From assembly GCF_006345805.1 (NCBI RefSeq), contig NC_042998.1:82088001-82152000 (forward strand): 64,000 nucleotides of DNA, in the 5' to 3' direction. The stretch's first letter is position 1, and every line of letters begins with the position of its first letter. A model generated the notes under the pieces. The model worked only from the letters and a program-made list of their open reading frames with translations, made no database searches and had not been told where the DNA came from. A program made the translations under genes and the position numbers. The stretch comes from Octopus sinensis (Eukaryota). This document shows positions 12,830 to 24,900 of the stretch, one piece after another.

Positions 12830-13385
12830 TGTTGCAACAGGTGTAACGGATATTATCAGGAAAATAAAAATAAAAACTTTAAATAGTATTCCGCGGGATA
12901 TGGATAATAAATGGAATAGCAAATAGAGTGGACATCACGTCCAGAAAAATGAAGGAGGGAAAACAATGTAGAAGTTGGAATGAAGGCTTTGTTAAAGTTT
13001 TCGGCGCACAAGCATGGAGGAGAAAAATAGTCGACCGTGGTTCCTGGAGAGAGTATGGTAAGGTCCTTGTTTAGCAGTTGACGGAACATGTACAGAGATG
13101 ATGATATCACCTTGACTCTTTATTACCTGAGACAATTTTGTATAATCGGCGTAGCTAGTGACTGTTTCACTGACCATGGATATGTCTAAGTGAGATATTA
13201 TAAACAGTAATGACCCCAAGACAGTTCCCTGAGGAATGACACTTCAAATTTGTGTTTCTCCTTAGAGGGCACCATTGGCTGCAACTGCTTGACTTCTGAC
13301 TTTAAGGAAGTCATACAGTTGCTTTTCCAGTTTGCCAGCTACGCCAAGGTCTCGCAGATTGTCACATGTCAAGCCTTGATTTACT
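12830..13385 (-). mobile_element. Decayed CR1/L2-type LINE reverse transcriptase fragment
   Basis: Minus strand reads LRDLGVAGKLEKQLYDFLKVRSQAVAANG ... VIPQGTVLGSLLFII ... SYADYTKL (RT PQG and YADD regions). Confidence 0.8.
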
Positions 13386-13454
13386 GAGACAAACACATAC
13401 ACACAAACATATACACACACATACACACACACATATATATATATATATACATAT

Positions 13455-13598
13455 ATACAACTGGCTTCTTTCAGTTTCTGTCTACCAAATTCACTCACAA
13501 GGTTTTGGTCGGCCCGAGGCTATAGTAGACGACACTTGCCCAAGGTGCCACGCAGTGGGACTGAACCCAGAACCATGTGGTTGGTAAGCAAGCTACTT
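13455..13598 (-). mobile_element. tRNA-like SINE (family B) body; its extreme 5' head is displaced to 15601-15640 by the 2-kb insertion
   Basis: Matches other copies (for example 27540-27677). It stops at gtaagcaagctactt and resumes as gtaagcaagctacttaccacacagc at 15601. Confidence 0.85.
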
Positions 13599-15600
13599 TT
13601 ATTCATTTCATTTGCCATAGAGGCAGTACAGAGATGGGTAGCTTTGCGCGCTGGACAAGACAATGATGAGGCGAATGATACTGATACAAGATGATAAGGA
13701 TGGGAGAAGACAGAAAGCGCCCGCCGACCCTCTGCGTCTCTAAAACCTTGTTCTTTATAAACACATATACAGAGGTATTGACCCTCTTACAATTTAAAAT
13801 ACAAAATATTTGGACTCAAAAGTCTACACAAATACAAAACATAATTTATACACAAATCAAAGACGATAAACCTCTATAATCCCTCCTAAAGCAAGTTTCT
13901 TGCGACTTGCAGGCATTCCTGCAACCGCAATCTGGGGTTCCAAAAATGAATTCTATAATTATCATCTTCACACGCGTCATAAGATCACACTACTTTCTTT
14001 TCGGCAACAGAGCAGCCACCTGCGAAGGCCACTTTGGGCTGTCAATACAAGTCGGGTCCCTCAGGACTATATATAGAAGAACATATATTCTTCCCCACTT
14101 TCACTGGGAGGTGCCTCAACTCCCTCGCTCGGTGGCACACTTCCCACTAACGAGGTTATCTTCTTCTCCCCCTCCCGTGGCACATATCCCACTGAAGGGG
14201 TTTCGGGACATGCCGTCGCCGGCAATGCCTCGTTTTTCTTCTTTCTCTTCTTTTTTCCTTTGACGACGGGAGGCTGGAGTTCCTCCGACATCTGCCGAGG
14301 ACCCTCCCCCCTGCCGTCTCAGAATCCATCGGTGAGCAACCATTGTTGCCCACATTCTTTCTTTTCTTCCCCATTGTTTTCGAGGATGTTACCTCCTCCT
14401 CGATATTTGCCTCCACTGGGAGAGCAGGGGACACCTTTTCAATTAACTGTTCCAGGATCTTTGCCTGGTCTAGGCGACAGTTCTTCTTTATGTGGGCCGA
14501 TTCCAGGCATAGGTGACACTTGGGGGAGCGTCCCTCAACTATCACCGGGTACCTGGAAGCAGCCATTGTTAAAAAATCTGGTAAAACCAGATCATCGGCT
14601 GATTGGGTCCATAGGGCCAAAATTGCTTTTGACCCGACCCAATCAACCGCAGGCAACATTTTTGCATTTAAGAGCCTGGCAGGGCCGCCACCCAGGCCCC
14701 GACGGATAGTGTCTTCTATACACTCGTCCTGTATGCCGGCTGACAGCCCACATACCCGGGCTCTTGTCAACTTTCTACCGGCATAAGTAGGGAGAATCAA
14801 AGGCATGCTCACAAAATCGCGAGCTTCCGCAGGGGTGTCAAAAAGTACACACACAGTTGCATGCTTCGCACCCCTGCGGATAAACCTAACAGTTGGCAGA
14901 TAGTCTACCAACTCCTCCTCAATTTATTCCCGAGGGAAGACCTTTATGGTGTCAAGGACCCTGGAATAGGTCCTTAACACCACTGTTCTTTCCGTATAAT
15001 TTTTAATCCATTCTTTGGGGGCAACAATTTGCCTCTCCAAATTGGAATTCACAGCTGCCATGTTGATAGCCAAAACAAAAATACAAACCCACAAACAAAA
15101 ATCAAAATATTCAAATGAAAGTCTATAAAGAAACTTAAAAAAGAGCAGAAAGACAGACAGGAGAAGAAAGGGCAAAGGAAGATAATCCAAAATGGCAACA
15201 CAACACAATTCTGCTACTCTGGCAATCCAAACTGGTAGTCCTTCCCAGCACAAATAGTATTCCGTCCAACTCTGGCTGTACTCCTATCCGTTATGGTAAA
15301 AATCCACTTGAAAGGGCACAAACACAGTCAGAAAATTCCAAAGAATTTTCGGTCGGACATGCCTCCCACAATAAACACAATTCTCACTATGAAATGAGTC
15401 TTCTTGCATGACCACTAGTAGACAAATGCCTGGAATCCAGTGGAGACCCTTGTTCAAAAATATACTTAAATACAAACAGCAGACCCCACTAAGCTCCCCA
15501 AAAGCAAATGCTTTACCTATGGTCGGGCTTCAAATGTTCAATTTTTCACGTACGACGTGACTTCCACTGCGACAAAAAACAACGTGACAACTTGGTAGTA
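13599..15600 (-). mobile_element. 2002-bp Tx1/L1-type non-autonomous retroelement encoding only ORF1 (HAL1-like), flanked by a 15-bp TSD
   Basis: Direct repeat gtaagcaagctactt at 13584-13598 and 15601-15615. Architecture: ~540-bp 5' UTR, ORF1 with a CCHC knuckle, no recognisable endonuclease or RT, and a 3' tail aaatgaaatgaataa. Confidence 0.8.
14067..15061 (-). pseudogene. Tx1/L1-like ORF1p (gag-like nucleic-acid-binding protein)
   Basis: ATG at 15061 (MAAVNSNLERQ), one in-frame TAA at 14924-14926, then VIVEGRSPKCHLCLESAHIKKNC (CX2CX4HX4C) and a basic KGKKKRKKK tail reached by frameshift. Confidence 0.75.
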
Positions 15601-15735
15601 GTAAGCAAGCTACTTACCACACAGCTAATCCTACGCCTATAATAATAATATTAAATATGAACAAGCCTTGAACATTTCGTGATTTCTTGCTTGGTCATTT
15701 GAATTTGTTTTGCTTTATACATACATGCGTATGTA

Positions 15736-15768
<33 letters not shown>

Positions 15769-16730
15769 TGTATGTATGTATGTATGTATGTATGTATGTA
15801 TGCATGCATGCATGTATATATGTATGTATAGCTCAGTGCATTTGTGTGAAGTGGACATGAAATTATCTACGTTTTGTATAGAGAAAATAACAAAAAACTG
15901 ATAGATTACTAATACCAGCAGACTGTAAACAGGAAACAGGAGAACATGAGTATATATATATATATATACACACAATGGAATGTATATAGCGGTTGTTCAC
16001 TATAAACACGGTAAAGTCTACTTGAAAATTCTATACTACTCTTCTTGGCGTAAGTAGTATTCTCCCTTGAGCAGGATAGTCCATTTTCTTTTTCTTATTG
16101 TAAGAAGTAGGCTTGAAAAGAGATGGCGATTAAGAAGTCTTGTTACGTTTGTGGTTGACGTTATTTACATTGCCATCGAGAAAACAAATGTAAATGGCTA
16201 TTGTATCATTCTTCTCTTCCTATTTTCTATTTCCGATCCAACTAAAATCTTAGACTGTTGCTTTTACTTTCTCTTAAGGCGTTGAAATAAAAAAAAAGAA
16301 GGTAACTGATACTCTAAGGGCTGTAAATATAAAGCTTTTAACGAAGTGCTAAGAACAAGTCCAATGATCGAAAGGAAAAGTAATTCAACACTTAACACTT
16401 TATCAACAGCCTTTGCATTTCATTCAACTTGCTTACACTCTTCAGTCTAGTGTTCACATATTTCATAATGTCTCCTACAGTTTCTTTCTCCAAAATTGTT
16501 TGTATGTGAGTACTGTTTATTAGGCAACCTCTAACAAGCTGTTTGTTTTGTAAAAATACGATGTCGATTAGTACATTCCTGTATCAGTTCCACATTATCA
16601 TCTGATTTAGCAGGTTAGGACTCATGAATCTTATGTAAAATACACACATGTTGTTTGTTCAATGCGTTTCAGACTGAAGGAAGTGTCAAAATCAAATACA
16701 TTCCCAATTTTCTCTACTGTCACTCTTTTC

Positions 16731-16814
<84 letters not shown>

Positions 16815-16989
16815 AATTATATACAACGACTGACATAGTTGCATTGATGTCTACTGCTAAGATTGTAAAGACGCCTAAGAGAAAGGTGCGAGATCGTTGG
16901 GCTAGGTCAGCAAAGTTACACTCGATTAGAGAGAAAGAATGGGAGAGAGAAGTACTGCAAACGCTCTCTTACTGATAAGGCAATTCCAG

Positions 16990-17860
16990 GAGAGTAACTT
17001 GGCTAAAAGAAATCCACTGTACTTAGCATTAGTCGATCTGGAAAAGGGCTTCTACAATGCCTCTGACTGTGTCTCTGATTGTGTGGTCTAGTGGCTATTA
17101 AGAAAGATAAAGGTAGGGCCATAGAAGCCATGTACCAATGTGCTGTCAGTAAGGTGAAAATCAACGATATATAGTGACACATTTATTTACAGGTGAGAAC
17201 TCATCAGAATTCGGCTCTCCACCTTCTATACAACATGGTTGAAGCGACCATAGCAGAGGGGTTTAAGATGGCCTCATTCTTATAGCTAAGCCTGTAGTAG
17301 GACTAGTAAAGAAATTTAAGAGGTGGATGCAAAACAAAGAAGAAACTGGTCTCAAAGTTAATTTGGCACAGGCCAAAGCTTTAAGTATTTTGGAAGCAGA
17401 CAGAATATGTTGCCATAAACGAAATGGCTTTCCGCAATATGTAGAAAAAGGAGAGATAGAAATTGCATATGCTGAAGCCAATGTAAAATGTGAACACACA
17501 CAAGATTTTCAGTGGCATCAAAGGCAGGTTAACAGATAAAAGAGACGTTGAATGTGACAAATTCAAAGGAGCAACATATACAAAAAGCGCTCGGGAAATA
17601 CATTTCGTGAAATGCTCAAAACAATCAATGGAGGGAGTACACTGCTTCTGTTATGTTGGTGACTTTCTTAGCAGATGGAGAGGATGTTTTTAAAGTAAAG
17701 ATGCTAAATTAAGAACAGAGTGGGGAATGTTCAGTGAACAATTATTTCTGTTGCTAACAAGAGTTTTCTCTCTCAATGTGACAGGTAGATTTGTAAGATG
17801 CTTGTGCATGAACATAAATCTTAAATGGCAATGAGACATGAAGATTCTAAGGGAAGAATA
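16990..17860 (+). mobile_element. Highly decayed RTE-type LINE RT fragment
   Basis: LALVDLEKGF, GLKVNLAQAK, THKIFSGIKGRL and FCYVGDFLS remnants in shifting frames. Confidence 0.6.
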
Positions 17861-18043
17861 AGCAAAGACGAGAAAGAAATGAAGAAAATACGCTCCATTG
17901 TATGAGCAATGTCAATATCAATGAATGAACGAGATTGTACAAATGAATTCGAAGGAAAAACTACAGTCGTAAGGTCATGTGATGCAGTAATCCTCCTTTC
18001 TCAACGTATGAAATATGTATCTACCTATGGGTATGTTTGTACG

Positions 18044-18103
<60 letters not shown>

Positions 18104-18419
18104 TGTTTGTGTGTGTATTCCTCATTTATATACCTTTTCATTCCTACTTAACTACAATCATCTTAATATAGATTGATTATTTAAATTCCACTATTTTTTC
18201 TCTATTCATAATTTTCTCTTTCCTCTGTTTATATCTTATTTAAAAGAATAATATAATGCACCTAATAATAATAATAATTGATTCCTTTGTATGCATATAC
18301 ATATACATATAAATGTATAGATATGTATTTATGTATATTTATGTATATGTATGGATATGTAAAAATGTGTATATATGTATGTACTTATATTATAACTTAA
18401 CCTTATGAACTTCCTAAAC

Positions 18420-18560
18420 TCTCTGACGAAGATTAGAGACACACCCAAGTACCTTAATCTTACCTACCAAATACTTCAGTTCCTTGAAGGGATGGACGTA
18501 TATTGGGCTACATGACCTCTTGGCTGAAACAGCTGTAAGAAACTATTCTACTGTCCGCGT
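18420..18560 (+). other. Possible Penelope pseudo-LTR relic with a hammerhead-like 3' half
   Basis: GAAAC-AGCT-GTA (palindromic stem III) at ~18526-18537. The upstream core is degenerate (cttgaagg). Confidence 0.35.
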
Positions 18561-18915
18561 TCCACGTTATATATTTTTAAATAATTACTGATATTTTTAT
18601 ATTTTATATATAATATGTTACACATATATGTATATTGTTATGATTGTTTTTTTAAATAAATAAATAGACATAATATAATGTCTAAAAGTTGATGAATACC
18701 ACCTTCTAATCCTCTCCATTTTCTTATTGCTGTATAAATTAAGGGTAAAACAACTTTTTACCGTCACCCATTTATTACATTCAGTAGTGTAATTGCCATG
18801 CAATAGAAAAACACTTGTGTATTAATAATTGGGTATTCTACCAGCAGTATATTGGATAGATATTATCCCTTAGTTGGTTGGATTCATAACCTCTAACTCT
18901 CTTGGAATTTTATAT

Positions 18916-18953
<38 letters not shown>

Positions 18954-20089
18954 TTAGTTTTGAGTGAAACCATGCTGGAGTACCGGACTTATTCTTTGTA
19001 AGAGAGTGCTTATTCTACCGGTCTCTGTTGCCGAACGTAAACACGCCAACACCGGTTGTCAAGTGATGGTGAAGGGATAAATACAGACACACAAACATAG
19101 AAATATATATATATATATATATATACGAAAGGCTTCTTTTAGTTTCCGTCTACGAAAACCATTCACATGGGTTTGGTTGTCCCGAGGCTATAGTAGAAGA
19201 CACATGCTTAAGGTGTCACACATTTCGTGGCAAACAGTTTTAGTGGATTGAATACAGTTTAATACATCGCTGGTACTTATCGATTAGGGCAGACCAAAAT
19301 CAACAATTGTGGGAATTGAACGTACAAGGTATATGTATATTTGTGTGTGTGTGTGTGTGTGTGCGTTTGTGTGTGCGTGTCTGTCTGTAATGTAAGCCTT
19401 TAGTATACGTTTGCGTGTGTGTTAGGGTGTGTGAGAGATTTTGAACACGAATATTTAACTGGGTTCTATGTTTAAACAATATTTCTCTACATGGTTAGAG
19501 TGATATTGAGATGTTCAAAGAAAGATGTCGAGAGTGGAAGGGAAGTTAAGAGAGTGATGATGGATGCAAGAGAGAGAACTTATCACCAATAAAAATCTTA
19601 ATTTCTTGTTATAGATAGATTTCTGAAACAGCCCTGAAATAGAATTAATTTATTAATGACTACGAGTAGGGCTACGATCTATTCCATTGAATCTATTTAT
19701 TTCGTTACCTTCTTTCGATCTTTCTAATGCCGAAATCAACTCTACTTCTCATTCCATTTGAACTCGCCTCAAATGATTAATATTAATACGATCACTGCAT
19801 GAATTACTGACTTACAAATAGCAAATATTGTGCACAAGAAAATTGTTTATGTCTTTGGAAACCAGACGAAAATTCTAATGCTGACAGGAATGTCATTCTG
19901 CGCTATAAAATATTGAAATATAACTTTAGGAATACTATTTCACCTGTCTTTTCAGAAGAATCGTTATATTTAGTTGTCTCTACGCATTGTAAATGACTCC
20001 AAACATTCTTATATCTTCGAAATAATAACATCACGTAGTGGTAACAATAAGTGGTTACTTGAAGACTGATAAATGATAATGATAGTAAT

Positions 20090-20530
20090 GCTTTCTATTA
20101 AAGGCACAAGGCCTGAAATTTGGGGGCGGAGTATAGCCGATTATATCCCAGTACTCAACTAGTACTTAATTTATCGATCCCGAAAGGATGAAAAGTAAAG
20201 TCGACCTTGGCTCAATTTGAACTCAGAACGTGAAGACGGACGAAATACAGCTAAAGATTTCGCCGGGTGTGGTAACGATTCTGCCAGCTCACCGCCTTAA
20301 CATAATAATAATAAGCTTTTCTATCACAGGCACAAGACTTGAAGTTTTGGGGAGGAGACTAGTCGATTACATCCACCCCAGAATTTCCCTGGTACTTAAC
20401 TTATCGACCCTGAATGGTAAAAGGCAAAGCCGACCTCGGTGGAATTTGAACTCAGAACGTGAAGACGGACGAAATACCGCTAAGCATTTCACCTGGCATG
20501 CTAAAGTTTCTGCCAGCTCGCTGTCTTAAC

Positions 20531-20568
<38 letters not shown>

Positions 20569-20738
20569 TTCAAATTTTGCCTCATGGGCAGCAATTTTGG
20601 GGTAGGAGATGTGTTGATTACATCGACTCCAGTGTTAAATTCGACATGGGAGGAATTTGAACTCTGATCAGAGCGACGGGCGAAATACTGTTAAGCATTT
20701 CGGCAAGCGTACTAACGATTGCGCCAGCTCATTGCCTT
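20090..20738 (-). mobile_element. Three head-to-tail tRNA-like SINE copies (family A, head ggcggcgagctggcag) separated by (AAT)n
   Basis: Repeated tgaactcagaacg ... gacgaaatac ... ctgccagctc blocks at ~20090-20298, 20316-20528 and 20570-20738. Confidence 0.85.
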
Positions 20739-20915
20739 AATAAGGAAGTTTGTTTTTTAGGGACAGCATGGATCATCAGGAGGATTCTATTGAAAACTTG
20801 TGGATACTTAAGGTTACAAATATTAACCTGCTGCCCACATAAATTCTACCAGGAATAAGACCGAACCTGAGCCAAACCAATAATAATAATAATAATAATA
20901 ATAACAATATTATTA

Positions 20916-20952
<37 letters not shown>

Positions 20953-20956
20953 CATA

Positions 20957-21335
20957 ACAATGTTATCTCTAAAAGAAACGGAGAAAGCAGATGACAATGT
21001 TTCTCTAAAAGAAAAGGAGAAACTTTTAAAATACAAAGATCTGGAAATCGAGGTAACTCGAATGTGGACTCTAAAAACAGAAACAATTCCTATCATAGTG
21101 GGCGCATTAGGTATGATGAAAAAATATTCAGACAAATAGATAGTAAAATCACCAGGACTTACAAGTATATACAACACACAGAAAATAGCACTGCTAGGCA
21201 CTGCACACATCCTACGCAAAACACTTTCAATACAGTAACTATAAGAGCATCACAACAAACCGCAGCACATACCCAAGTCACACCGAGCTGCACTCGGTAG
21301 TGAAGTGAAAGCACGTGATAAGAATAAAACTTCTG
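20957..21335 (+). mobile_element. 3' fragment of a second R4/Dong family
   Basis: DNVSLKEKEKLLKYKDLEIEVTRMWTLKTETIPIIVGALGMM ... LGTAHILRKTLS. A different 3' UTR ends ttctg followed by aataa repeats. Confidence 0.85.
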
Positions 21336-21353
21336 AATAATCAGAATAATAAT

Positions 21354-21908
21354 AAATGCCCTGAAGCAATATGAGGCACTGGGTCTCGTAGCATCTGGTT
21401 TTAGCTAATTCAATGTGTTATCATGTATATAATTTGTCTTGATATAAAAGATGGGCTACAGCAAATATTTTCCTCAATAGCATAGGTTTGCTTGTCAGTT
21501 GTCTAACATAAACGAATTGAGTATGTTCCTTAGTGGCTGACAATATGTGCATCTCTGATCACGGGCACAAGTAGTTGGGAAACACCTTAGTCGTGTGTAG
21601 AGAGGAATTCTTTGGGGTATGGAGAATTCACTTCTGGAAACATGGGTGTTTCTTTCATCATCCTTAAACAACCCTTATTCAGGAACCTATTGAATAAGAT
21701 GAGCTACTCAACCTGAAGAAAATTCTAACTAGGCTCCAGCTGCAAGGTCATGTGCTGTTTATCTTTATATGAGATTACTATCTCGCGGACATGTGCTTAT
21801 GATACATGTTCCTGGTGTACCCTTATCAGACGGGTAGTCACGGTAGGTATATTGGGTTTCGTGTAATTGTACTGTACCGTCAGTCTGACATGCGCTGCTG
21901 TCTCACTC
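21354..21908 (+). mobile_element. ~555-bp non-coding interspersed repeat bounded by (AAT)n
   Basis: Homologous to the minus-strand copy at 39040-39566 (shared aaagatgggctacagcaaata and cccttatcagacgggtagtca). It ends tctcactc followed by (AAT)n. Confidence 0.8.
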
Positions 21909-21943
<35 letters not shown>

Positions 21944-21945
21944 TA

Positions 21946-22146
21946 ATTTCGGCATAAGGCGAGCAATTTCGGGGAGAGGTAAGCCGATTGCATCGACCCC
22001 AGTTCTTAACTGGTACTTATTTAATTGACTCCGAAAAGATGAAAGGCAAAGTCGAACTTGGCGGAATTTGTACTCAGAAAGTGAATAAGGACGAAATGCA
22101 GCTAAGCATTTCGCCCATCATGGTAACGATTCTGCTAGCTCGCCAC
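21946..22146 (-). mobile_element. Family A SINE
   Basis: Same diagnostic blocks as 20090-20298. Confidence 0.8.
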
Positions 22147-22599
22147 TCTGATCTTACTAAAAATAATACACGGGGAACATTTAAAAATGCAAGCACGCTA
22201 AAATATTGTACCGAGAAATATACAACTAATTTAGGGGGAAAAATTCCGACAAAAAACTATCACGTGTATTTTATAATATAAATGAATAATACTCATTAGA
22301 ACTTATTTCTATGTGTCAAACATAAACGATGTATTAGAAATTCTGAAAATATACAATCATTAATAGTCTTAACAGCATCACCGGTGTAAGGTTCTTATCT
22401 GCAACAAACAGACAGCTTATTTATCAGTTTAACAAGGATAACTTGTTTTAGGCTTCTTTTCTTTCAGTTGAACCTAGTTTTATTAATATATAGTTTTGTA
22501 CAATTGTGTCTCTTTTCAATTGTTTACTAGTGTCGTTCTGTAACAGATCTCCTTAAGGTTCAACTGACCCACTCTTTTATTCTCTTTTTCAAAATTTAT

Positions 22600-24900
22600 T
22601 TTATGAGGCTATAACCCCTGAAGAGATTGAACTAAAGAACCAACACAGCACCTGAACAAACTTGAACACCTATAGCAGCAAAAGAATTAACCCAAAAATC
22701 AAAGTGGAAGGATGCGATAAAGTACCCATCGTTTGATTATAGTAATTAACAGGAATATACGGGGAAGAAGATCAACGCGATGTTCCTCGAACCACAGAAA
22801 ACACCTGAATGGCTCACGGAAGGGAAAGCCATCTTAATACCCAAATCTACAGAAATCACAAAACTTGACACATAACCCATCACCCTACAACGTAAAAATC
22901 ATTAACTGAAATAATATTGCAATAAGTGAGAAAACATCTGGGAGGAAATCAGAAGCGAATGGATGCTACAAAGACGCATAAAGATAAGTTATTGATCAGC
23001 AAACTACAAATGAAGGTCGTTGGAGGAACAAGAAAGGATTGAACTATCTGAAATCTTTTGACAGCATCATTAACGTTGCTGAAAATTCTAAGTATGAGTA
23101 AATTTTCCCCAGCAATGGTAGAATATATAAAATTTGTGAAGCAACAATAAACCGAAGCAACAATAAACCGAATCCAAGTATTATTCTAAAGAGACCAGAG
23201 GTCGACTTTGCTTTCAACCCTTGGGGTCGATAAAATAGGTACCAGTCGAGCACTGGGATTGATGAAATCAACTTGCCCCATCCTCCAAAATTTCTGGCCT
23301 TGTACCAAAATTTGAAACCATTATATTAAGAAGACGCCCGTTCACTCAATTCTGTCTGGTATTGATACTGTTAACCAACACGCCAAAAAAAAATTGATAT
23401 GCATACAGCTGCTATGGTAAAGCAAGGAAAAGCAATCAACCTTCTCTTGTAATATTGATGATCTCAATTTGTATGCTGCTAATGATGACAATTGGAAAAC
23501 TACTACAGACAGTACACGGATTTACCAAAAAAATCAATACGTGATTCGGTGTTGAAAATATTCTAAAGCGTCCTTGAAGAGTGGAAAGCTAATGAAGATG
23601 AAATTACAATGGCAGTGCAAACTCTGATACACAATTACCTATGAATCAATGAAATAAGTAGGGTACAACGCGCATAAATGAACGAAAAGATAAGGAAACA
23701 ATATTATTGGCGAATCAGATTAATACTTAAAACAGCTAAAAGCAAGGAATAAGGTAATAGGTGTCAACAATCTAGCTGCTCCAGTTATTTCAGTAACTCG
23801 ACTCTGAAGGCAGAAACAGGGAAAATAAGTAGTGCCTTTAGAATACACCATACAGAATCTGATATCGCGGTTCACCCATCGTGGTTTATTATTTAAATTT
23901 ACGTCAATTCCTCTGTGTTTTTTTTTTGTATTTATAATAAAATATATAGAAATTATAAAACTAATTATAAAAACAATACAGTACTGTTTCTACGTCGCGG
24001 ATTTTCACCTATCGCGCGGGATTATGGAACGTAACAGCCGCGATAGTCGAATGTGGTAGAGGCATTATACAAAAAATGATTTACTATAAAATATCATACA
24101 CAGGACTGCAAATGTAACTAATTAAGAATTGAGTAAAGCAGTCGTAAATAGCTGCAAAAGATTAACAAAACTAAACTGTTTACTATGGTCATAGAAGCCA
24201 AATAAAAAATACAAAGCAAAGGACAGAGTATTTGATAGCTTTGAAGAAAAGAACGAAACAACAAAAACTCTGAAACCACTAAAAATCTAAACTAAAACTG
24301 AAACTACAGAAGCCACGATAAATATAGAAATCTAGTCCCTGGCAAATACTGGAATAAGCTGAGAAGAATAGATAGAGACAAAGAAGAAAAACGTTCTGAC
24401 TGAGAAGCGCGGTATTCAGAGCAGATATAAAAGGGGTTTCTATTGTTACACGATCAAAGCTTCTCTGCTAGAACCATCAAAAACTCAAAGTAAAGCAGAG
24501 TGCAGGATACAGAGCGTAACTGTAAAACATTTGATGATGCAGAAAAAAAAAATTATGTTGACTCTGCCAGCTTAGTTTTGGCCACGAAAAATCTATATCC
24601 ACAGATATGACTGAGTCGGGATATGCATACAGTGGAAGTTGTGCCAGCACTATGAAAAGCAAAGAGAGGTGATATATACATTTCCTAGGCCAGAAAAGGT
24701 ATCACTTGTTTACATAGCCTGCAACTATCTGGATTTTATCTATATACCACTTTAGCGATATATATATAACCTACTACGTTCAGTTAAAACAGGTTTCCAA
24801 ATAAAGATATAATTTGGAGTATAAAATCCCCTCTACCTAGTTTGGCAATGATGCAGCAGAACTTTAAAATATGCTGATATAAATAATACGCCTGGAATTT
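22600..24900 (+). mobile_element. Old, heavily decayed R4/Dong element interrupted by a SINE (~23195-23335) and a MITE (~23850-24058)
   Basis: Collinear remnants in R4 order: PEWLTEGKAILIPKS, IDDLNLYAANDD, HDQSF, and HRYD*VGICIQWKLCQHY. Confidence 0.65.
23850..24058. mobile_element. Probable Tigger/pogo-like MITE relic
   Basis: Starts tacag. It contains atcgcggttcacc and tcgcggattttcacctatcgcg, plus the inverted ccgcgata near the right end, as recalled for pogo-type termini. Confidence 0.45.

Noticed and set aside
14260-14786. Plus-strand ORFs of 149 and 88 aa
   Set aside because: They are antisense shadows of the GC-richer ORF1 on the minus strand.
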